From Phoronis australis (taxonomy: Eukaryota > Animalia > Phoronida): 64,000 bases of DNA. The DNA lies in assembly GCA_002633005.1 (NCBI GenBank), contig NMRA01000166.1, forward strand, positions 1 to 64,000, written 5' to 3'. This document shows positions 26,833 to 38,929 of the stretch, piece after piece (position 1 is the stretch's first letter; each line of letters starts with the position of its first letter). The notes under the pieces were generated by a model. That model saw only the letters and a list, made by a program, of their open reading frames with translations, was not told the origin of the DNA and did no database searches. A program made the position numbers and the translations under genes.

Positions 26833-29399
26833 TTAAGCTAGCCTGATTCTCTTTAAACTTGCGTTACGATAATGAGGCAACTAAGCAGGTGTGTTTAGGC
26901 CGTGCAGTATAAGCACCACTCTCATTGGTGAATGTGTGGCTAATATGATTTAGACTAGCCAATGAAAAGCAAGGTCACATACATAGAGCAACTTCCTGTA
27001 TGTCAGCTCTCAGGGAAGCCATGCACTTCTAAATGACCTGGTCATTTGTATAAATTGGTCATTATTTAAATTGGTAAGCTGAATTTCACACGACTTCTAT
27101 TACAAGTATTTTAGCCCTTGCAATAATTCAATTTTTAGTGTCTATATATATTTATTCAAAATTTTCGACACTGACTCCAGTATCTTGACTAGTAACTCAC
27201 ATTTGAATAACAATCTCATGATTCAGTACGATTCGCATTGGGGTGTGTCACTGTTTTCTGACTTCACTACATTCACAAGTTGTTAGTTAGTCTTATGTCT
27301 CTCGTGCACCTCAAATATTCTTCTGTTACCATGCTAGGAATCTATTAGTGATGAGACCTCAGCTCAACAGGGATGTGTCACGTTGATTTTGGCCAGCTGA
27401 CTATAAAGGCTTTTGGCATACTAGAAATTGTCCTGTATTTCGGGTCACCTGGTTGACCTTTTCTAGCTGCCGCAGCAGTAATACCGATTTACCACGCGGT
27501 ACTCATTTGACTGTCCAACGCGGCTCTACAACAGACAGACGATTTTGTACAGCTAACTTATACCGCATCACACTGAGTCCCGCTAAACGGTGTATTCCAG
27601 CGCGCCAACTTCTTCTTTTTATTTATGTGTACATGCAATATAATACCACATTATAACACAAGTGAATAGTTTTTTACATAAGAGCACTCACACTCACTCG
27701 CGGGGCCTTCCAAAAATTATGCGTTTATTAGCAAATAAAAGGTCCGTGGGAGTCCTTCAAATGTTAAAATTAAAATATTAGAATTTTTTGTTGATTAGGT
27801 TTTTTCTGTTTTAGTAATACTAAAAAATTTCGACTTTTAAGAATTTGCCATAGACTTAAGATTCATTAATCTCCTGCGAAAAATCCTATTCACAAAGAAT
27901 TAATATTATATTCGGTACACGTGATTCTAACAACTTCTCGAGGGTAACATAACTTTATTTCAAGTTCCTGTTTTCATACAACTGGGACATTAAAGAATCA
28001 AAACTCACTTAATCTTTCTTATTGCAAAAGAAGGTATTGGAAAAAAAGTTGAGAAAAATTCGGTAAGATGCGCCAATTTCTGTACCAGACATTTGCGAGG
28101 TGCAAGTGAATCGAATCATCAGTGGAAAATGGCAGCAGCATGCCGTCTAAGAACTCGGAAAACAGCTATCAAGTTGCCGTCTAAAGTAAAATTGGTAATT
28201 TTTCTCATGTGATACTGATTACAAAGGAAGAATACTTTTACAAAAAACTTTGAAATTGTCTGCAGACAATGCATGCGTAAGTCATACTCCTGACGTGCGG
28301 CACCTGTCACGTGAGTAGTCATGACAATGGTACTTCCTATACGATACGCACACCAGAGATAAATAATAAAACTGTTTGGTTTTTCTTTCCAAAAAAGAAC
28401 ACAAACACTGTACATGTACGTGTAAATGAAACGGAACAGTAATGACCCTGTTTATTTCCGATATGAATGCAGTGGTCTGCAGACACCGACGAGTCACATG
28501 ACCAATTTAGCGATTATGCAATTCGAATCCAAAAATAATAACGGTGGAAATCAAATTAAAATTCTGTATTGCTAAACAAGCTGAGATGTGATAGCAACAT
28601 TTAACCACTACAGTAAGACAACTTTTAATGTCCTATTGTTAAATATATGTAGCTAGTTTACCTTAAAATGGTTCAGAACTGTGTTTAGGGATTTTAACCA
28701 ATCTTCGTTCTGTTCCCTGCTAATTCACTATTTGTGTCTCATGACTGATCAAACCAGGATTCATCTAAAACAAATCACTGTGTCATCAGGTGATCCAGCC
28801 GTTCTCGATGGAAACACTTTCCCCACACTTGTGTAACTCGTTAGTCACGTTTGCCGGTTTAGCAGATGTTTCTCAAACATTGGGTGTAGATAAGGGTTAT
28901 AGGGCATTCTTTTATTATGAGAGTTAATTGGGAAATCAGTGTTCATACAATGTATTTATTCATAGGTCAGAACCGGGTTTAGTTTCTGCAGTGGTACGAT
29001 AACAGCAACATTCCGCTGCGTATTTGCGATCCAAGAATATTCTAACGTTCAATACTGTGGTTGTGAGGAGTTCTCGATAAAATTATAATCTCAAACCCTC
29101 AAATGGTGAATAGTGCACCTGTCTGACACCTTATCGTGGACAACGCAAAAGTAAAATTCTAGTCTCAGATTACAAGTGGAAATTTGAGTAATAATGATTT
29201 CCTCTGTAGCACATTCGTTCCATGCCCATCGAAATGGCAGAAAATTTGAGGAAGTTTTTTATAATGTTTATTACGAAATCATCGATACAATGAATATACA
29301 TAACCCAGAAAGCGCCAAGAGGCATTATATCTGAACGGTTAAAAAAGTACAAAGAACTCTATATACAATTATTTTACACAAATACATAAATTAAAAAAA

Positions 29400-30360
29400 A
29401 CTGTTGTTAAGATTACAATGACATATGATTACGAAAGTAAATAAATCATTTTCATACACATGTATACAATTCTATCCACTCACACAAAGAGATTTAATGT
29501 TATAAAGAAATTTTGATACTATTTCGAATAAAACTTTATTTTCATTTGGGTTGAGTTCTTGGCTTCCATATAGAAAAAAAATTAATTTTGTTGTACACTT
29601 GTGGAATTTCAGAATATCTGTTATAAATATTGGGGTATTGTTCGAGTGTCTGGAAAAGCTGTCCCTTCTGCTCCTTGCATACCTCACAAGCAAGGAAAAC
29701 ATGAGCATTTGTCTGTGCGTCTCCACAGCAACACAGAGGCGAAATATTATTAAAATTATGTCTTAATTTCTTGATGTTTAGGAATAGACCGCATCTTGAT
29801 CTATAAAGGATTATTTCGTGGTTGCGAGGATGTTGGAACGATGTCAATGGGACTGGCAACTCTTGAGTAGTCCTATGCATTTTGAAGTTATTTTGTAGAG
29901 TGCCCACTGAAGTGCCGCGAAGTGCTTTCTTTTATTTTGGATGGTAAGGAATTATTCCAGTTGTCAATACAAGTTAATATGGTAGATTTCCTGAAGCCTT
30001 GGCTGAGGAAAGATGGAACAGTGTGCATATTACTTTGCCGCAGTCCTGGTCTCGTGTTAGGTCTTTTGTAGGTGTCAAAGAGGATTTTATTTGAGTAATT
30101 GTTTATGTTGGTTAAGACTTTGAATGTATACATGGACAAGTGGAGTTTACGACGGGTTGCTAGTTTGCTCCAGTTGAGACTGTTTAGAACCTTGATTGTG
30201 TTGGATCCTTTGTATGCTCCTGTTATGGCTAAAGCTGCTTGGTATTGTAGTCTTTCTAATTGAAGAAGTATGCCAGCGTTTGCCGATTGGTAGATTATGT
30301 CACAGTAATCTGGATGTGGAAGAACAAAAGACTTGAATAGAGTTTCAAGATGCATGGAGT
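29400..30360 (-). mobile_element. 5'-truncated LINE (CR1/L2-group) ORF2 3' end
   Basis: LFKSFVLPHPDYCDIIY...LERLQYQAALAITGA...LNWSKLATRRKLH (RT C-terminus), followed by frameshifted RSRCG...SPLCCCGDAQTNAHVFLAC zinc finger. Confidence 0.9.
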
Positions 30361-32629
30361 TGAGATGACGAGAGACAATTCTAATTGGATAAATTTTGTA
30401 CTTTTTGAACGAGTTCGCGACATTTGAGGAAGTGCGTTGAATGCTTTAAATAAATAGCCGTATAAAGGTACGTTACGTATCTTAGATTTGTTGGTCCGTA
30501 CTTTTGAAACTAGACCAGCGAGACTCGTTTGCACTTGGACATGGATTTACTGCACGCCACAGTATGACGATTTTTACAATTTGCACACAGTCTCTTACAA
30601 TGAGCGTAATGGGCCTGGTCTGGGTCAGAGGATGCTCTTTTCACTTTAAAACTGAGCTTTAATCCATAAACGGTGCAGATGCCTTGCGCTTAGTATTCCA
30701 GGCAGTGACTTATGGTCTATTCTAAGGAATTAATTGGATTGGGAAGGCAAAACACCAGATTTAGTAGTGATGATAATGAGCTATTCAAGGTCGTTGATCC
30801 CCGTAGAGTTTAGCAAGGCCTCCATGTAAACGACCTCGAGCATTTCACCCCCAGATGGTCAAATGGCCTCTGGTAGTCGACTTCAACAAAGTTTGTGTTT
30901 AAAGTAAAAATGACCTGTGCTTCGGGATACGGACGCTTTTGGTAGAGTGAAATCATTGTTGTAGAAATCATACGGTTGTCGTATAGTACACGCCTAATGC
31001 AATGATCCAGTGATGGTTTTAGAGAAACGTTGCTGTGGGACAGTTTATAAGACCAGCACGTTAGTATTTCTGTCTTTTTTCCGATTCGATTTTCGTAGGG
31101 AGCAGGCATACGCGATTTCTTGTGCTACCTCACAGCGATTAAGTAGTGATTGGTCAAAACGTGTAATTAAACCGAACACATACATTCCTAATTAGATTCG
31201 TATGCTAGATCAGACCTCGCTAACGTGGTTTTGGTTAGTTTTGACCAGCCATTCGGCATTGTTCTTGTCTAGAAATCTTAATGCACTGCGTATTGTTTAA
31301 GACAAAATATGGTATGATTGCAAAACATAAAGCCCGTTCCGGATTACAAAGCGGTAGAACTATCCTTTGCCCCACAGGTAAAAAAGCGCGTTGTTTTTAT
31401 TGACCTATTTTAGAATGTCAGACACATTTCCACAGGTCATTTCGGAAACCGTCGAAGAACGGTATGGTCATGCAAAAATTTTCAATTATTTAAAACCGGA
31501 ATTGAAAAGCTATTTTCAAGAAGGGGGCTTCTGTTCGGTTCAAAATTAACCCGACGAACTTGCTTTATCAACTTTGCATTTTCTTGTCTTTTGATGTCAG
31601 AAAGGCAAAGATCATAACACACGTACCCACGGATATTTGTTACATCTATCCAACAATTGCACCCCAGACCCACGCCACAGTTGTACTACTCGGTTGGCAT
31701 TGTAAGGCCGAATAAAGTAATGCAGCTTGTTAAAAACACCACAACAAGAAAGAACATTCGGAACTCCAAAGTGGCGCGAAAACACCAGGCTCCAAAAAGA
31801 TCTAGACGGATATCGCGGTATACGTAATGTAGGTAAATACAGCGAGATTCGCGTGCTGTTGTGTAGTCCGAAACGGCAATATTGTAATGCGGTCATAAGC
31901 CCGAGTTTACCATATTGCAGCCTAGTGGGCAAATGAGAATTTCATACATCAATGACGCGGGGCACGCTCCTATAATCCCCTTCCATTCAAGTGAGATGGG
32001 AATGGCGGATTTGTCATTGCTAGCGCCTCTTTTTTCTATACGGACGCCCTCGTGATCTTCTGTTAAACTGGAGCTTCGCCCAGCACTCTTTAATGCACTA
32101 ATGTTTTGCCTGGATTAAAACTGCATATTGTTTTTCTTAGGTGTCCGAGAAACAGAAGTCAAAACTAAGGCACTCAGTTTAACCAAATCGGCTTCAAAAA
32201 TTCTCTACTTACAACCAGACTTTATTTCCTTTGCCAAGAACAACCGTCCTCGAAGCCCTTGGGTATAAAAAGCTCTTTGAAAATTGGGGGTTGGCATGCA
32301 ATTCTAAAGTTTAACCTCCTCAAATTTATTCGCAGATTTTAACCTGGATAAATGTTAAAAACATCCTGGATTTTGAAAGTGATTTTATCACGTCCAGTAA
32401 CATATTTCTAAGACACCACAGCAATTTTCATTCACGATCATAATTCGTATGCCCAGAAATGCAAAAACTGACGCGAGTGGGCGTGAAATGCGAGTGAAAC
32501 TGTTACCTTTGATTAGATCATCCATAAAGCTAACTAAGCTGAAGGATAGGGTCCCTACATACAACACGACCAGGCCCTGCCTTGCAGCAGCAGTGCCCAG
32601 CACACAATGTTTTTTTTTCTGGGAAACAT

Positions 32630-33440
32630 ATTAAAGATACTAGAAATATTTATGCAGATATAATTAGGAAATGGAAGGATTTGTAAATAAATTGCGGTTG
32701 GTTTAAAAGAAAACGATAGTTGATACTGACACTTAAAAACAAGTGTGAACATATGAAACTTCTTAGTAATTCCCAATATTACGCAATCATTATTTGATAG
32801 TGAGAAAGAAACAAATAATAAAAACTGTGCCTTGTTTCATTAGGGTAACGACAATGTTGTGGGGGTTTCCCAGGGATTCCCGTGTCGTCCTAAGAAATAT
32901 GGACGAGAAGTGTGTGGAAATAACAAGAATTTGCACTACCAGAGGCGCAAAATGACATGATGCTGAATATTTTCCAAGGTAGGGGCAAAATGAAATTACA
33001 GAACGAATGCTTTCGTTGTGGACAACAAGAGGTAGTGAGGACTGCTGGCCGATTAGCCAGACCTCATTGGGTGGTGGCGTTCAGCTTCTGTAAACACTAA
33101 GAGCTTGTAGCCATTGGACTATCGAGACAATTAAGGGCATCTTTTTGGATGCAGAGTGCTACAAGAAAAGTAGGATACCTGCACATTTACAGAGTAATTC
33201 CAGGTAAAAAATCATGACACTTTAAACAGTATTGTTCCAGAGCGTCACAAAAGGCAACCTTTCAGAGTGTTAATTGTTGTTTTGTTTAGTTCACTATCAA
33301 AAAGCAGTAAACTGTTGCGTAATATTTGGAATTACTAAGGTTTTATATATGTTTTCATTAGTTTTTAAGTGTATAAATTGTAGTGTTTTCTTTAAATTCG
33401 CAATTTACTTACAAATTTCTTTTCCTGGTGATACATGTAC
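32630..33440. repeat. Diverged ~180-bp inverted repeat pair
   Basis: ttgtaaataaattgcg...ttagtaattcccaatattacgcaa...tttgatagtg (32630-32800) is mirrored at 33292-33430. Confidence 0.6.
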
Positions 33441-33569
33441 ACAGTTTCCAGGAAGTCACTAGGTGGCGCTTGCTCCAAATTTGAATATTCACGGTTATAA
33501 TGAGACATGACATCTTCAAGCGCGAGCACTATTATGTGGCTACACTTCAGTAGGCCAGCAGCTGTTATC

Positions 33570-34548
33570 CATAGGCGGATTTAGGGGGGGGCCCAGGGGG
33601 CCCGGGCCCCCCCCCTTGGCTGCCGCAAACTTGAAAAAATAAAACAGTAAGAGCGTAGGGAAATGTTGAGTTTATTAATTAACCCCGGTAATTAAAATTA
33701 TGCGGAAGAAAAAATATTTAAATGTGTGCAGTTTTAGTGTTGTGGGGGGGGGTCTCAAATTCAATTTCAAGTGTCAAATTCGGAACACGGCGCATTCGTA
33801 ACGGAAGTATGGCTAAGTATAGGCTCTCCCGCGATATCCCAGGCGACCGGCAGTGGCGCTGTGCACTACGACTCCTTTTCCGTCGTCTGCTCCACTGTGC
33901 AATGAAGAAAATTTACTTCATTTTTTAAAGAAATGGAACCTGAGTGACGATGAAAAAACAGTGGCTGCTGGTAAGATGTGAATTTTAATCGAAGCCTTAG
34001 TGAATCACTCAGAAACTCGCAATACTCTCTTTGTCAAACCTTATCTTAAAGCAATCCCGTCATTATTGCCAACACGAAAGACGGATTTGGTCTTTTGGGC
34101 ATTTGAAGACTATTTTAAATTCGACAAATTTGTTAAAAATTGATGGCACAAAATATAAAACGTGTACTAAGCATTACAAAAAGAAGTAGGTTTCGCGCGC
34201 AAACGCTGTGGACAATAAACTAGTAGGTCTCTTAGTACGTGGTTGGTAGGTCGTTCGTGGTGGTGTAGTGGTAATGCACGTGCCCTCAGGCCGCCTGTTC
34301 GTGAGTTCGAATCTTCAGAAGTCGCAGTTTTTCCTGTTTGACACGTTCTCCGTTTTTTTTTTTTTTTTGCTTTTTTTCTTGGATAACATTTCAGGAATCA
34401 AGGAAAATGCTTGATTTTTAGAGGTAAAAACAGAACCCCCCCCCCCTCCCGACCTCCCCCCATTCGATGCTATGTGGTTCACTTTACGCAAATGCTTGCA
34501 GCCGGACAAAATGTTGCCCCCCCTTGGGATATCCTAGATCCGCCACTG
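33570..34548 (+). mobile_element. Complete copy of the ~980-bp TIR element with tRNA-like A/B boxes
   Basis: CATAGGCGGATTTAGG...CCTAGATCCGCCACTG flanked by TTATC/TTATC. A box TGGTGTAGTGG at 34261-34271 and B box GAGTTCGAATC at 34303-34313. Confidence 0.88.
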
Positions 34549-36272
34549 TTATCAATGGCACTTTTGTAATGTTCACAGCACATTTTGTTGAATGCGTCAA
34601 AAGAACAAGTTTACTATCGTGAAGGTGATACACTTAACTAGTCAATGTTGATTTTATCTCGATGACAGCCTCGTCGGCATGAGCGTACGTCAAACATATT
34701 AACTGGGATTCCCTTCGTTGATGAAAAGAGTACCCTCGAACAGCCGAAATACGAGCAACCAAATGACTTTCAAGAGTTCAAGGATAGCTCTTTGTTCAAA
34801 TGGTAAATGAAAAATCCTCACTTACAAACTGTAAAATAAGCGTGCATTTTTGAAAATCTATGCGTACTAATCATGGCAGAAATATGTTTAATAGACGTAT
34901 GTCCAGAATACAAATACCGGTAACCAACATTGGTGTTTTTAAGCCAAATATCCGATAAAATGACCACTGCCAGTGAATGCTTTCACACCCTTACACCGAA
35001 AAATAACTGTCAGATAGTCACGTACGCCGCATCCAGCCACACGGCGGCTACTAATGCGAGACAAATGTCGAACGTTTTTAGCACATGAGACCGGCAAGTG
35101 CTAATTTCTTTAGATACAATGCACATCTAGCTCGTTAGATTGCGTGGCTCTGGCCAAAAGACGGTATCTGCTCTGGCAAATGAACTCTGGTGACACGCAC
35201 GCGCTCGCTTACTCACAAACGCAGACAACTTCAAAACAAACGCCACGTGACAACAACATGTGTGTTCATCCAGACATTTTCTCATGTTGCCAATCATACA
35301 TATAGATGGCACAATGTACTAGCACAGATTTGTACCTGCCGTGATCCCGACTCCACGGGAACTTAAAAATCTTAGGGACGCTACTTGGAAAACTTAAGGA
35401 GAATTTCAGGTCATTTGCTTGAGTCGAAACTATATTTTTATTCAAGTATTCAAGTCGCCATATCGACGATTGCGAGGCAGGTAGTCGGCAAGTTTTCGCC
35501 CTGGGATTTCAGCACAATTTTCTGTAAAATGATCGTAATTTAGGTTTGATAGCAATGCACCACAGTTTTGTAGAAAGCCTTTCATAGATTACAGATACGT
35601 CACTGAGCGTTAATATGATGAATCTTAGCTTCCGATTTCACCCGTTTCGGAGACCGTGTTTCAACGGCCTTGGGTTATAATAAGCGCCCCCCCCCCCCCC
35701 NCCCCCCCAGAAACGAACTTTTCTAAGCGCCCTGGGCGGTTATTACGGCGAATACGGTAAGCGTGTCGGAATTTGTTGTCAGAAATAGAATGGGAGACTT
35801 AGGGAGTGTGCAAAAATAAGTCAATTCAAAACAATTACGAGGAACTTTAAACAACAATGTAAAACATCTAATCTCTGGAAAGATGGAGAATCAAAAGCAC
35901 TAACAAGAAGCCACTTACTGGGAAGAATTGGGTGTGTTAAAATTACAAGAGCTCATATCATGACAAAACTTTACTACGGCTGCAAACAAAGGAAAGTGAA
36001 CTGAACATCACTTTGTGAGTTTACAAAATAAAAACACTCCTAAGGAAATGTGACAATCATCAACCAATGGCTACGGGAATTCGGCAAATTACCGGAAAAT
36101 GATAAAAGATTATCAATAAGTCAGCAGATCATGTGTACATGCTCCCATTGGGTTACATAAAATTAGCAAATTGCTACGTAGACAACCATTTGAAACCAAG
36201 AGTATTTATAGCTCAAGGTCCTTTCTTGAAACTAGTCGAAGTACTGGCTAGAGCACAAGATACCAGAAAAAG

Positions 36273-36798
36273 ATAGGCATTTGTGCTTTAACTTCAATAG
36301 TTATCATTAGTTGTTTGTTACCATTCCACCTGTCTGCTGACAGAGCTCGCTTGCCGCCTGGTTGGAACAATATTAGTAAGAAAATAATTTTCACTGGAAG
36401 TCCAAGTAGAGATGAATGCTCCACCGAACAAGAGTGCAGACGAAACTATTCTTGTAAGGATGCACTCGGCTGTGAACGATTCGGCATAGGAAAGAAGCGA
36501 TCTGGCAGACTCAGTATTGGTAAGAAAATAATTTTCACTGGAAGTCCGAGTAGAGATGAATGCTCCACCGAACAAGAGTGCAGACGAAACTATTCTTGTA
36601 AGGATGCACTCGGCTGTGAACGATTCGGCATAGGAAAGAAGCGATTTGGCAGACTCAGTATATAAGAAAATAGTTCTCATTAGAAGTCCGAGTAGATATG
36701 AATGCTCCACCGAACAAGAGTGCAGACGAAACTATTCTTGTAAGAATGCACTCGGCTGTGAACGATTCGGCATAGGAAAGAAGCGATCTGGCAGACTC
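36273..36798 (+). pseudogene. Paralog of the Cys-rich repeat peptide precursor with lost start codon and a frameshift in unit 3
   Basis: taccagaaaaagATA corresponds to taccagaaaaagATG in the 47-kb gene. The signal region (I)GICALTSIVIISCLLPFHL aligns with MTIFALTSIAIVSFLIPFHL. An in-frame TAG upstream (36249) excludes another ATG. A 2-nt loss creates TAA at 36663-36665. Confidence 0.8.
36377..36798 (+). repeat. Three tandem 144-bp coding repeats
   Basis: Units start at 36377, 36521 and 36663 and are near-identical. Units 1-2 encode KKIIFTGSPSRDECSTEQECRRNYSCKDALGCERFGIGKKR...; unit 3 differs slightly and is out of frame. Confidence 0.95.
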
Positions 36799-37619
36799 CG
36801 ATTCATTTCTTAAAGACTTCATAAAACGGATCTTTACGATCTTTACGCAAACTATTTTGTTCGTGTCGTGAAATCCATAGTTTATTCATGATATATTTTA
36901 CTTAGCATGTTGGTTTTGATGGTATTTTCAATATTATTACTTGACAAGTGGATTGTTGGTATTTAGATTAACTTCTTTTGGCTTTCATTTGAGTCAGTGG
37001 TCCATCCGGTGAAAGAACACGTTTCGATGAACCACGTAGCAAACTAGATTATGTAACGATCGTTCACAGAATGATTTCCCTGAGACAGCTGACTATTACC
37101 ATATGTGGCAAACAAAATAGAGAAGTTCTTATGATTGTTGTGAAAGTTCTTAGAGTTGTTTATTGTTATTTCCTGTAGAATCTTGAATCATGAAGTTTAA
37201 TGCATGCAACTTACATATATGTTACGTATATATAAACCTTTCACTTTTCTAATAAAGACAGTCCTCACGTTGCTACTGCCGGCTGCTGCTACTAGAGTAG
37301 TTCCGTGTTCTGCACTTTGTTACAATTGCAACCACCTCATTGACGGACCGAGACGTATCACACAACAACGCGTCTGCTACGTTCTCTCTAATCCCCACTC
37401 ACGTTATACTACAATTCGAAACTTTTAAGCTTAGGAGCTCTTTCAACAACATTGATTTAAAAAAATAAACTGCATTGATATCGATTTTAATTTAATATTT
37501 AAATTTGTTTAGTGCACCAACAGAATGACTACCGAACTAAATGATAATTCGAAATTTGTAATTGTTGAACATACACAGTAGAACTTTCAAATTGGGTTAT
37601 AGACCGGCAGCCCAGAGCA

Positions 37620-38350
37620 CTTAGAATAGATGAACGAGGTACCAACATCTGACCACGACAGCATTTAGACTCTACCTCAGTATGTACAGAAATAGACGTC
37701 TGCCGTTATGTGCACTCTGGGTGTGACACCTGGGGGCATTAAAAGATTAGATATTCGAGGTACCGACCAAAACCGATTTAAAAAGAACAATAGTACAGCA
37801 CTGAACACCGACTGACCCTATGACAGACAAATTGCACTCTGGAATGGGTCCGGCAGAAACCAAAAAAGGACCCCCAAAAATGAACTAGCACATACATTCA
37901 AGGTACCACAAAAACAATTTCATGTGATTCAATACATGCCACTGACCACTAAATCCCCTGTGACAGACAAAATACACTATAGATTGTGCCTGGCAGAAAC
38001 CCCAAAAAATCACAACCACGGTATATGCCATCGAAATGTTAAGCTACATTAGATACCCCAGGTACCGGCTAAAACTGACTTAAAACCAATAATTGTGCCG
38101 CACCAGATGACACATGACACACAAATTGTGCTCTTGAAAGCGTTCGCCAGAAACTCAAACTGACTCCCTAAAAGGAGCTAGGTCATCATTCGAGGTACCT
38201 CTACAAACAATTCCATGTGATTCAAACAGATGTTACGTACTGCTTGCTAAATGACCTATGACAGATAAAACCGACTTTGGGTTGTGCTCGCCAGCCCCAG
38301 AAATCTCAACCACGTAATTTTGAAAATCTGGTACACATGAAGATGCCGGT
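37620..38350. repeat. Degenerate ~120-bp tandem repeats
   Basis: Recurring (g)aggtacc ... tgacagacaaa ... ggcagaaacc motifs near 37637, 37757, 37900, 38060 and 38192. Confidence 0.6.
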
Positions 38351-38929
38351 TAAAACTTGGTAGAATTTAGTAGAATATAAGATTTCAATAAGGAAGGTGT
38401 TGTGATCACTTGGGGTTCAGCTCATGGCGAATTCCTATATTTTCGTAATACTTTTGCGTCCACTGAGCTCTCATACTGAGTGTCAAATTGATGATGATGG
38501 AAAGTAAGCATTGTAGAAACTACCTGATGACAGCAAAACTTTGTGATACCAAGAACTGTCAAAAACCAACCCATTAAGTGATGTTTAAGACCGCAGCTAT
38601 TGTGGTATAATGAGCTATCAAAACTGCCAGCAGGAAAGATACGTCAGCGGCAACACATGTCCCCTAAATTTGCACTTGATCGAGGAACCACGAAAATGAT
38701 TTCCAAAGAGACCTTTCATTCCATTGACTAGTAAACAATACGTTGAAATAAGAGCAACAGACTGTTTTCAAAAATCTTCTTTAATCAAAATAAACTAGAA
38801 ATAACAACACCTAGAAACAGCAACCCATCAACTAGTAACAGCATAATAACAGACAATTAAAAGCACTACATCGACAACATCCGCTATTATATTTTAAAGT
38901 CATAGTAGTTTCCTGTTAGTTTTAATACG

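Noticed and set aside
34250-34325. Functional tRNA gene
   Set aside because: A and B boxes are present, but there is no clean acceptor or anticodon stem, and it is embedded in a transposon.
36318-36710. 130-aa minus-strand ORF
   Set aside because: Antisense shadow of the peptide repeats; the + frame carries the signal, Cys and dibasic pattern and matches the paralog.
36377-36798. CRISPR-like array
   Set aside because: Units are contiguous 144-bp coding repeats with no unique spacers; no cas genes; eukaryotic context.
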